Source: Azolla caroliniana (Eukaryota > Plantae > Polypodiophyta). Taken from it: a DNA stretch of 64,000 nt. A program made the position numbers and the translations under genes. This document shows positions 49,437-60,820 of this stretch, one piece after another. The stretch spans positions 10,044,001 through 10,108,000 of the forward strand of contig JBHGNT010000001.1 in assembly GCA_043228905.1 (NCBI GenBank), written 5' to 3'. Below the pieces are notes generated by a model. The model saw nothing but the letters and a program-made list of their open reading frames with translations. It was not told the origin of the DNA and did no database searches. How positions within the stretch are numbered: the first letter of the stretch is position 1; each line of letters opens with the position of its first letter.

Positions 49437-52400
49437 GAGGTCGTTGCCTCTGTTGTAACCGCTGCTTGTGGCGAAGATAGCAAGCTCGAGGTTGTTGCCT
49501 CGGTGCTTTACTATTGTACATTGTGATATAGTGATAGTTTGTAGTCCGTGGGTTGCCGTGGTTTTTCCCTAGTTTGGGTTTTCCACGTAAACATCCTGTG
49601 TACTCTTCTCTTTACTGTATCGTGTATCCATTACCCGTTTTTCTGTGTTTGATCCTAGACTCGGTTGTGGCCGAGCGTTGTTTTTAGAGAGCGTGTAGGC
49701 CGGACAAAGTAGTATCAGAGCGAAACGACATAGAAAAATGGACGATTCGTTGGGAGGCATGTTCAAGCTCACCGGCTCCAATTACTCATTGTGGAAGTCG
49801 AAGATGAGGGACATGCTCGTGGTTAAAGATCTTTGGTTGCCGGTTCAGTTCGGGGACAAGAGACCGGACAAAATCGATGCCACGATATGGGAGGTGATGC
49901 ACATGAAGACAACGGCGTACATACGGTGCTTCATCGACATGAGTCTATACAACAACTTCAATGAAGAGAGCAAGGCTCATGAGCTCTGGGAGAAGATCAA
50001 CATTATGTTTCAAAATAAAAATGTTGTTAATCAGGTTTCGGTATTTCGGAAGCTAGTAAGACTCCGGTACCAAGATGGCTCCAGCATGGCGGAGCACATG
50101 AATGCCTTCCAGGGGTTGATACACCAGGCAACATCATTGGAAGTACCTCTCGCCGATGAGGTACTAGCACTACTCCTGCTCGGTTCCCTCCCAGATAGCT
50201 GGGAGATGTTGGTTGTCACTTTGGGCAACGCCGGGCCGAAAAGGAAACAGTTATCCCTAGCAAGAGTGAAGTCGAGCTTGCTAGATGAGGAGGCGCATCG
50301 AAATGATAAGGATACAAGCTCCGACTCCAAAGCGCTCCTTACCAAATCGGAATGCGGAAGACAAAGGAACCGTAGTCCCCAGAACTGGGAGAAGTTGGGG
50401 ACACGGTCAAAGTCAAGGGGGAGGCCTACTTGCTTCTATTGCGGCAAGCCGGGTCACTTCCAGAAGAATTGTCGGCACTTCCGAAAAGACAAGGAAATCG
50501 ACGGCATTGATTCGAAGCGGACATCGGACTGGAACGGTAAAGATCGGAAGGGATCAGACCGGAAGGGAACGACGACAATCACGGCAAGTGAAGAAGAGTT
50601 GATGCTCATCACCGAGGAGAGTGAGTTGAACCTTGCCGGTGATGAGATGACCTGGGTGGTCGATTCCGGAGCGTTGTTCCACTTTACCCCGGACCAGAAA
50701 TGCTTCTCATCCTACACAGCCGGTGATCACGACTGTGTCCGGATGGGGAATGAAGGTACATGCCGAATTGTCGGCATAGGAGACGTGTGGTTGACAACCC
50801 CAACCGGATGCAAGCTGCAGCTGAAGGATGTCCGACACGTTCCGGAGGTTCGACTGAACCTGATATCAGCCGGGCGGCTAGATGATGAAGGCTACACGGG
50901 TAGCATCCGGAACGACGTTATAAAGTTCAGCAAAGGGAGCCTGATTGTGGCTCGGGCCCGGAAGGTCAACACTCTGTACCTGATGAATGCCCGGTTATGT
51001 CCGGAGGAAGTGAACTTGGCATCCGACACTGCCGGTGAGCTGTGGCACAAGAGGCTGTGTCACATGAGCGAGAAGGGGATGAAGAGGCTTGCAGACGACA
51101 ACCTCATTCCAGTGAAGAATGTGCACTTGGAGAAATGCACGGATTGTCTGGCCGGTAAGCAAAACCGGACCTCCTTCCGACCAAGGCCACCGATGAGACG
51201 TAATGCACCACTGGAGTTGGTGCATACTGATGTGTGTCAAGTGGACACGAAGTTACATGCAGGATCGCAGTACTTCGTGACGTTCATAGATGACCACAGC
51301 AGGAGGCTGTGGGCCACACCATTGAAGATGAAGGATCAGGTGTTATCCGTCTTCAAAGAGCTCCACGCGAGAGTGGAAAGAGAAACCGGCCGGAAACTGA
51401 AGGTGGTTCGAGCAGATAACGGAGGTGAATACCGGGGGCAGTTTGAGGAGTACTGCCGCTGGAAGGGAATCCGGCTCGAATTTACTGTGCCGAAGACGCT
51501 GGAACTAAACGGGCTGGCCGAGAGGATGAACCGGACCATAATGGAGAGGGTCCGGAGTATGCTGGCGCATGCAAAATTACCCAAGACATTTTGGGCTGAG
51601 GCGCTGTTGACAGCGACGTATGTGATAAACAGATCACCCTCAGTGCCCTTGGACGGAGACACACCGGAGAAGGTGTGGACCGGTAAGGAAGTGTCCTATC
51701 GGCATCTGAAGGTATTTGGGTGTCTTTTGTACATGCATGTAACTAAGGACCGGAGAGGAAAGTTAGATCCGAAGACCCGGCCATGCATATTCCTCGGTTA
51801 CGATGACGATGAGTTGACAAGAAGGTATTCCGAAGGTTGAGATATTGTCTTCATGGAGGACAAGACGCTCGCCGACTGGGAGTCGGAGAAGAAGATAATG
51901 AACTCCGAGTCGACCGGTAAGGATCGATTCTACGATGAGCAGACCCAACCGGCAAGAGACCGGTTAGCACTCGATGAACCGGTCGGTGACGGTAAGGAGA
52001 CAAGACATGCCGAAGAAGAAGGAATAGGTGAAACCGGAACCGGCCAGGATCCCTAATCGGATTCGGATGAAGAACAAATAGAGGAGCTGGTTGCCGAAGG
52101 TCAAAGATGGAGATATCCTCTTAGAGAGAGAAGGCCCCCCCGAAGATTTCTGGATGCAGAGCATGTGCTGTTGACCGATGAGCAGGAGCCGGAAAGCTTT
52201 GAAGAAGCGAAGGAAGACACCCACAACCGCAAATGGTTAAGTGCCATGCAGGATGAGATGGATTCCCTGCATGAGAACCATACATACGAATTGGCGGAGT
52301 TGCCGAAAGGAAAACGAGCACTCTGAAACATGTGCCAGGTGTACAAGTTGAAACTGGGAGATGATGGCAACCCCCCGAGATACAAAGCTAGGATCGTGGC

Positions 52401-52982
52401 GAAGGGGTTCCAACAGAAGAAGGGTGTGGACTTCGATGAGATATTTTCCGCGGTAGTAAAGATGACCTCCATCTGGATGGTGCTGAGTATAGCGGCAAGC
52501 ATGGATCTCGAGGTAGAGCAGCTGGACGTGAAGACGACATTCCTTCATGGTGAGCTCGAAGAGGAGATCTACATGCAGCAACCGGAAGGATTCGTGGAGA
52601 AAGGGAAGGAGCACTTGGATTGCCGGTTGAAGAAGAGCCTGTACGGACTGAAGCAGGCTCCCCCCGATAATGGTACCGGAAGTTCGACTCCTTCATGACC
52701 GATCAACTTGGGTACCACAAGACGCAGGCTGATCATTGCGTGTTTGTGAAGAAGTTCGAAGGAGGCGACTTCCTGATACTCCTTCTGTACGTGGATGACA
52801 TGTTGATCGTCGGACGGGACCAAGCCAAAATTCGGATGCTGACGAAGGCTCTCAACCGAACTTTCGCAATGAAAGACTTGGGTCCGGCAAGACAGATGCT
52901 GGGGATGTATATCATCCGGGACCGGCCAAAGAAGCAATTGTGGTTGTTACAGGAGAAGTACGTGACAAAGGTGCTTCAGCGG
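48969..52982 (+). mobile_element. Ty1/Copia (Copia-2, same family as Copia-1): 5' LTR plus gag-pol, cut in the RT by a Gypsy insertion
   Basis: LTR 48969-49706; PBS TAGTATCAGAGC at 49710. ORF 49738-51840 is highly similar to Copia-1 and is followed by frameshifts and stops. Its 3' end is not in the window. Confidence 0.93.
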
Positions 52983-55289
52983 TGTCGTGAAGAAAACCGT
53001 CCCTTAGCGTAATCGGTGCATAGCGCGCGTGAACCGGCTCTTCACACGTGCACGCCCTTTAATGTATATAGTAGAGAATTAGGTACAAAGGTATATCCTA
53101 GGTAGTTAGATTCGGTAGGTAGGAAGTTAATGAGGGAAACAGCTCCCTTCTTGAAGCTATAAAAGAGAGGGAGACGCAGGGAGAAAGAGGGGAATTTGAT
53201 TAAAGAGGACGAAGTGCTGTCGGACCGAAACCGAACGCTTCCCCTCTGTTCGTTCTCCGTCGCTCTTCTTTGCAGGTTTTAGGGAGGCTCGCGCTGCTTC
53301 GAGGAACGCCCGTGTGCTTCCGGCAGCACCTCCATCCTATCCCCTTTTGTGCGCAGACGAGCAGGCATCGATATCTGTTCGCCGGCCTGTTCGGTTGTAA
53401 CCGCTCGCGTGCTCTGTTGTTTATTTGTCATTCATTAATATACAAACATTCGTGTCTCTCTGTCTCTGTGTCCGTTCGTGTCTTCTGCGTTGACATGGCC
53501 GTGTCCCTGAGTTTCTTTGCTCATACGTAACCGAGCGTCTCTCTCTTTCTCTTTCCCCTTCTATCACCTGCTCTTTGGTCCAAGACCCCGGTGGTCCCAC
53601 CTCGTTCTCCACGCACGCGCGTAGTAACGCGACATCTTTGGTGAGCCCGACGTGAATAAGGCGGTAGAGGAGTAGAAGATGAGGGGGTCGGATCTTGCAG
53701 AGGCCATGGCTTCGGCCGTGGACCGGATAGTGAGCGCGCGCGAGGGCGCTGGCGCCCTTGACAGGGCTATTGAGACGATCGTCGGTACGATCGGCCGGTT
53801 CAGTGGAAAGGATGCCACGAGTTATTTGGCGTCCTACCGGGCGGAGATGTTGATGAGGGATATTCCGGAAGAGAGGCGTCTTGCCGGATTCCCTCGAGTG
53901 GCGATGTCGGGCATCCAAGCGGAGGTGCTCGAGGTCCGGGCGGAGAGCCGGACCTGGGAGGAGTTCGAAGTACGGCTCTTGGAGAAATACGGGCTGGATG
54001 ACGCGCTTCGACTTTTGAAGCGGGGCTTCATAGAGTGGGTGGAGTCCCCCAACAAAGGAAGAAATGCGTCGGTACTCCTCCGGGAGTTTGAGGAACGCTT
54101 TGCGTGCCTTTCGGCGCTCGATCAGACCGTTCTGGACACAAGTCGTGTCCTATTGTTTGTCAAATCGGTTGACGCACGGGATCGGGAGCAAGTGGGCTCC
54201 TTATTGGAAACCGAAGACGGGCTGACAGCCGACTGGGCCACGGTAAAAAGAGTCTGCGGCCGTTTTGACAAACGGTGGGAGTGGGCTGATACAGGGGCGA
54301 CCGGGGCGGGTCCTGCCGCAGCAAGGAAGCTCGAACCGATACCATAGGAACGAAGGTAAGAGACCCGGGAGTGGCTCGAAACTGGTTCGGCTTTGACCGG
54401 CGTGGTCAGAGGCTTGTCCGGGGGAACAGCTTTGGAGGAGTTGACACGGGCGGTAAAGGATCTCCAGATCGCCCAGGCTCGGAGGGAAGGCGGCGAACAT
54501 GTTCGTGACCGACGGCCTCCGGCAGAAAATAGGTGCATGTGGTGCGACGAGGTCGGCCACATCCGGAAAGACTGCGGGGACTTTGCGGAGGCCTTGGGAA
54601 GCCGGTGTCGTGAAGAAAACCGTCCACGAGCGGAATCGGTGCGCCGGAGCATAGGAACCGGCTCTTCATGCACGTACGCCTTACGTTGTACATAAGAGAG
54701 AATTAGGGACATAGAAGATCCTAGGTAGGTCGATTCAGTAGGTAGGAAGTTAATAGGAAACGACTCCTTCCTTGCCTATAAAAGGAGGGAGACGAGGAGG
54801 GGGAAGGGATCGCAGAATCAGAGAGGAAGAAGTGCTGTTGGGCTGTTGGTCGAAGGCTTCTCTCTCTTCCATACTCTCCGTAGCTTCTTTCTGTGCAGGT
54901 TTCGTGAGGCTCGCGCTGCTCTGAGGAATGCCCGAGTGCTTCCGGCAGCACCTCCAACCTACTCCTTCCTTTCTTCGCATTCGCGAACAGGCATCAACAT
55001 CTGTTCGTTGGCCTGTTTGGTTGTAACCGACTTCGTGTTTTGTTGTTTTTCTCTGTTAATATATACTTACATACCGTTGTGCCTCTCTGTGTTGGTTTCC
55101 ACGCTCGCGTCTTCGTGTCGAAGGGCCGTGTCCCTGTGGATCTACACTCGCACGTAGTGGGTCTCTTCTCCTTTCTCTCTTGCTCTTCGGTACAGGACCC
55201 CCGAGGTCCCGCCTCATTCCACGCATCCGCGAGGAATACTTCGACATCTTGGTGAACCCGACGTGAAAGAGGCGGCAGAAGAGAAGAAG

Positions 55290-57404
55290 ATGAAAGGGTC
55301 GGATCTTGCGGAGGTCATGGCTTCGGCCGTGGATCGGATATTGAGCGCACGCGAGGGCTCCGGCGCCCTCGACAGAGCTATTGAGGCGGTCGTCGGTACG
55401 ATCGGCCGGTTCAACGGAAAGGATGCCACGTAGTATTTGGCGTCCTACGGGCCAGAAATGCTGATGCGGGACATTCCGGAAGAGAGGCGTCTTGCCGGGT
55501 TCCCTCGAGTGGTGATGCCGAGCATCCATGCGGAGGTGCGGGCGGAGAGCCGTACCTGGGAGGAGTTCGAAGGTCGACTCCTAGAAAAATACGGGCTGGA
55601 CGACGCGCTCCGGCTTTCGAAACGGGACTTCATGGAGTGGGTGGAGTCCCCCGGCAAGGGAAGAAACGCGTCGGCACTCGTCCGGGAGTTTGAGGAATGC
55701 TTCGCGCGCCTTTCGGCGCTTGACCGAACCATTCTGGATACGAGCCGGGTCCTACTGTTCGTCAAGTCGGTGGACGAGAGGGACCGAGATCAAGTCGGCT
55801 CCTTGCTGGAAACCGAAGACGGGCTGACGACTGATTGGGCTGCGGTTAAAAGAGTCTGTGGCCGTTTCGACAAACGGCGAGAATGGGCTGATGACGGGGC
55901 GGCCGGTGCGGGCTCTGTCACAGCAAGGAGGCTTGAACCGGCACCGCAAGGGTGAAGGGAAGAGGCCCGGGAGTGGCTCGAGACCGGTTCGGCGTCGACC
56001 GGCGTGGTCAATGGCTCGACCGGAGGAGCAGCGCTGGAGGAGTTGACGCAGGCGATAAAGGATCTCCAGATCGCCCAGACTCGAAGAGAAGGCGACGAGC
56101 CGGCTCGTGACCGACGACCGGCAGCCGGGAACAGGTGCATGTGGTGCGACGAGGTCGGCCACATTCGGAAGGACTGCGGTGATTTCGCTGAGGCGTTGAG
56201 GAACCGGGTGGTGTACCTGTGGGAAGGCCGGGTGCACGCTGGCGATACCAGAAGGGCCCTAAACCGAAACGACGGGCGAGGAGGTATGAAGAGACTGATG
56301 GAAGAGGCAGCGGCCCGACACGTGGAAGCCATCCACTACTCGGCGTCGGCCGGTATTCGGGTCGGGGGCAGCGAGGCCCGAAAGGAGAGCAAAGACGGAT
56401 TCTGGGCGGCAATGCTGGAAGGCCTTGCCGGCGCACGGCTGAGGGAAGATGAAGCGGACCGCGCTGAGAAACGGGTCCGGGAAATAACCGGGTGGAGCGA
56501 CCCGGTCGAGGAGAAGACGGGCTTCGTAGAAGCCGCCTGCCGGAACTACGAGGCTCTGGTGGAAGACAAACGAGTGGGGAAAGCCGGAGCGGCCGGGCCC
56601 TCACAACGATACGAGACCTGATTCGGGCAACGACGGAACGATGCCGGTGGGTCCAACGCGCAAGATAACCCCAGGAAGGGCGGATACCGACTGGGGACGG
56701 AAATAGAACGGTCCACGGACCTATGAAAGGTCCTAGAAGAACGGATCCTCGACAGCAAAGTGGAGCTGTCATTACGGGAGGTGCTAGGGATCGCCAAGGA
56801 GTTCCACGACTCCATTGTGGACTTGGTGAAACGGAAGAGGCTGTCGACGGAGACAGAACCAGAGAGACCGGTGGAGGTGCGGACGACGCACATCGACGAC
56901 TCGGCGCTGGCAGATGAGTGGGCGGAGAGCCACTATTCGAGGCCACACTGGGCCCGAGCGACCACGGAGACCCGGGTAAAGATCGAAGATGTTCAGGAAC
57001 CGGTGGTGGCATTGGTGGACCATGGTTCGGAAATAAACCTAATGTCCATGGACTTCTATAAGAAGGGAAAGTGGCCGATCAACACCAGGCACGGGTGGAA
57101 GATACGAGTGGCGACGCGCGCCACCGAGGAACTGCACAGGGCCTGCCCGAACGTGCGAGTCAAGATCGGCGACGTCGAGATTGACCAACACTTCTTCGTA
57201 CAGGAGACGTCCTCGCACCCGGTCATATTAGGGGAACCATACATCACGGCGGTGCGAATGGAGACCAAGGTGCTGGACAACGGTTCGGCCTACGCGAGGG
57301 TCAAAAGCTAGGACGGGTGCCATTCGGTCCAATTTCTGATGGTACGGCCGAACCACGAGCGAAACCGCGACTCCCTCGGTGGCGAGAACCGAGAGGATTT
57401 TTAG
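55290..57404 (+). pseudogene. Element B gag-protease ORF with several in-frame stops
   Basis: MKGSDLAE..FNGKDAT..CMWCDEVGHIRKDC..ALVDHGSEINLM..ILGEPY..NREDF*. Confidence 0.85.
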
Positions 57405-60400
57405 AGAGGGCTGCCAAGGCGTGGGGCCGAGACAGCCCGGACACTCGGGAAAGACCCCATGACTGTACGATAGAACCGAAACCGAAGGAACCCTGTACGA
57501 TAGGTAGGAAATTTTGCTTCTCCAACAACGGAGGGTGTATGATAGTCGGCATCGTTGGCCGAGAAAAGACAAAGGCGGAAGTGCGACTTCGAGCGTGCGG
57601 AGTTCTCGCCCCGGACGAGGAAATCAGCGGAGCCGTGGAGGCGGTCTCCTTCGACGACACCTTGGGAATGCTGAGGGAGGTAGCCGGAGAAGACCTTAAC
57701 GAAGACCGGACGATACCGGTATGTTCCGAAGAGATGTACGAAGTCATTGCGAACTTTAGTCAGGGGCTCGGGTCGGATCGGACGGCCCGGGTTTGCACGA
57801 AGTACAAGACTGTGGACCGGAAGGTAAGGCCAGTCGTAGCACCCTTACCGGAGGGCAGCGAGTCCCGAATCAGAGGGGTTGTGTCGGACCCCAGTTTACG
57901 AGATCCGGCCTACATAGGACACACCTTCACCGACGGGACGCTCCGGGAACTCAAAATCGATGGGGGCGGGTTCCTATTGCCGGCGGAGGAAGACCGGTTT
58001 CGGAGGATGCTCGGAAGGCACGGGAAAGCCTTCGCATTCTCACCAGAAGAGATCGGGTGCGTAGACCCGACAATCGTGGAGCCGATGGTGATATTCACGA
58101 TACCGCATGTACCGTGGAATCTCAAGCTGATTCCAGTACCAAGAGCTCACATCCCGAAGTTGATGGAGCTATTGAGGCAGAAAGTCGATATGGGCATTCT
58201 CGAACCGTCGAGTGCCCCATACTCGAACCGATGGTTTACTGTACCAAAGAAAAACGAAACATTGCGCTTCATTCAAGACCTGCAGCCGGTCAACAGAGTG
58301 ACCATTCGGAACGCAGGAATCAGACCGACCATAGACGAGTTCGCGGAGGCCTTCGCCGGAAGGTCGATTTACTCGGTCGGTGATCTGTACTCGGGGTACG
58401 ACCAGTTCCAGCTAGCCGTGGAGAGCAGAGACATTACGACGATGCGAACTCCCCTCGGCCTAGTGCGAATGTGTACCCTGCCACAAGGAGGGACCAACTC
58501 GGTGGCCCACATGGTGAATGCAATGAACAAGGTACTGAGGGATTGCATCCCGGACATCACCATGCCATTTCTGGACGACATCCCGATAAAGGGGTGCCCG
58601 GTGGAAGAGAAGGACGAGACAGTCGGGCCAGACGGATGCCGGCGATTCGTGGCAACACACATCGACGACTGCGAGAAGGTTCTACAAAGGCTAGAGGATG
58701 CGAGGCTCACCTTCTCCGGGGAGAAATTGGCCTTCGAGCAATCAAAAATCCTGGTGGTCGGACACCTATGTGGACCATATGGCCGGAAGCCGTCTCCGGC
58801 AAAGGTAGAAGCCATCTCAACGATGAAGACCGACTGTAGCTCGGTTACGGAAGTTCAGAGGTTCCAAGGGGCATGCACGTTCTACCACATATGGATCCCA
58901 CATTACGCCCACGTTGCGGAGCCGCTATACGGGTTGCTGAAGAAAGGGCGAAAATTCGAGTGGCGAGACGAGCACACGGAGTCGGTCCGGAAGCTGAAGG
59001 AAGCTCTTGCGGTAGCACCGACGCTCCGGAAGGCTGACTACGAGAAGGGTACCCCGGTATACATAACAGTGGATACGAGTCCGACCGGGATCGGATGGGT
59101 CATCAACCAAGAAGACGAGGACGGCATACGGTTCCCGATCCGATTCGGCGCGAAGGTCCTCAGTGAGCGACAGCGAGGGTACGCCCAGGTTAAACGCGAA
59201 CTCTGGGGTATCGTTTCGGCAGTAAAGGTCGACAAAGACTACCTGATCGGGACAGAAGTGATTATCGAGACGGATTGCCTGCCAATTCTCGGCATGGTTT
59301 CCGGATGCGACACATTTCCGGAAAGGACAACGCCATGGCCGACATGCTTTCGAGGGCGAGGTTTGATGACGAGGGCGACATGGTTTCGGAAGACGAAGAA
59401 GTCGGCGTGGACTTCTTCGAGGCGGCGTACGTGACGACCGATGGGACGAGCACTCCGGCAGTTAACGACTTCGACGAGAGCAAGTACGATGGCGAGTGGC
59501 TCTAGATCGGTGGTTTCTTGAGGACAATGACGCCGGATGCGTCGTGGACGAGGGACGAGGCCCACCGGATCCGGAAGAAAGCATACCGCTTCTTTCTCCG
59601 GGACGGATACTTATGGAAGCACCCGAAGAAGAGGAACGGCGTCCTGCTCCGGGTGGTGGCGATGAAGGAAGAACAGGAGGAGCTGCTGACGGCCTACCAC
59701 GACAGTCCTTGGGCTGGACACCGTGGAACGTGGGCCACGTTCGAGAAGATAAAGGGGAAGTACTGGTGGCCGGGACTGTACCGGGACGTGCATTGGTTTG
59801 TGACAACTTGCGAGAGCTGTCAGATGCACTCCATAGTTCGGCATCAAGACGAGCTTCACCCTACGTACCCTCCGACCATCCACTTCAAATGGATGGTAGA
59901 TATGGTGACGATGCCGATGGGAGTAGGACAGATGCAGTATCTGGTCCTGGCTCGGGAAGATCTGACGAACGAGGTGGAAGGCCGAGCCATTCAGAACAAA
60001 ACGACCGCGGCCGTATGTCAGTTCCTGATGGAGGACATGATATGTCGGGAAGATCGTGGCTGATCGCGGGGAGTTGAACGCCGAAGAGGCCGAGGAGGTG
60101 TTCGACCAGCTAGGAGTCAAGCTCTCGCTCACCACTGCATACAATCCGGAGGTGAATGGGAAGGTGGAGCGAGGACACGGACCGATCGTCAAGGCGTTAG
60201 TTCGGGCATGCGGAGGTCAAGTCGGGAACTGGCCGCGGCTGTTGCCTTACGCGTTGTGGGCGGACCGAACTACGCACAGTTCGGTAACCGGATTCATTGC
60301 GGCAGAGCTCATGTTTGGGCAGAAGCCGATCATGCCGATGGAACGTACGATCTCCTCATGGGCAACCGTGGACTGTAGAGACGAGATGAGCCGGGAGGAA

Positions 60401-60820
60401 CTGTTGACGGCGCGCATACGACAGCTGGAGCGAAGACCGGAGGACGTGGAGCAGGCCGCGGAAAAGCTTCGGGTGGCAAGGACGAGGAACAAAGCCCGGT
60501 TCGACCGGACGCATCGGCTCCGACCGAAGAAGATCGAGGAAGGCGACTGGGTGCTAGTCTACGACAGGAGCCTCGACAACCAGCACCGAGCGACACGGCA
60601 GTTCGCAAGAAGGTGGTTCGGGCCTTACGTGGTACAAAGCGCCAACGACAACGGGACGTACCATCTGGCGGAACTCGACGGCACGAGAATGTCGATACCG
60701 GTAGCTGGGAAGCGGATCAAAGCGTTCAAGAAGCGTCACGATGACGAGCCGGATCCGGATAACCTGGACCGAGACGACGAACGATCCGAAACCGAACAAG
60801 AACCGACGGGCGGGGAATAA
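57395..60820 (+). pseudogene. Element B pol (RT-RNase H-integrase), in the -1 frame relative to gag-pro
   Basis: SAPYSNRWFTVPKK..LRFIQDLQ..DLYSGYDQ..LPQG..PFLDDIPIKG; RH VDTSPTGIG; INT H..GH..YWW..CESCQ, DRGE, YNPEVNGKVERGH, WFGPY. Deletion or frameshift near 59307 and ~60050. Confidence 0.9.

Noticed and set aside
55752-57012. Long antisense ORFs in Gypsy B (for example 334 aa, Pro/Arg/Ser-rich)
   Set aside because: Low-complexity shadows of a GC-rich gag, not kept as one ORF in element A.
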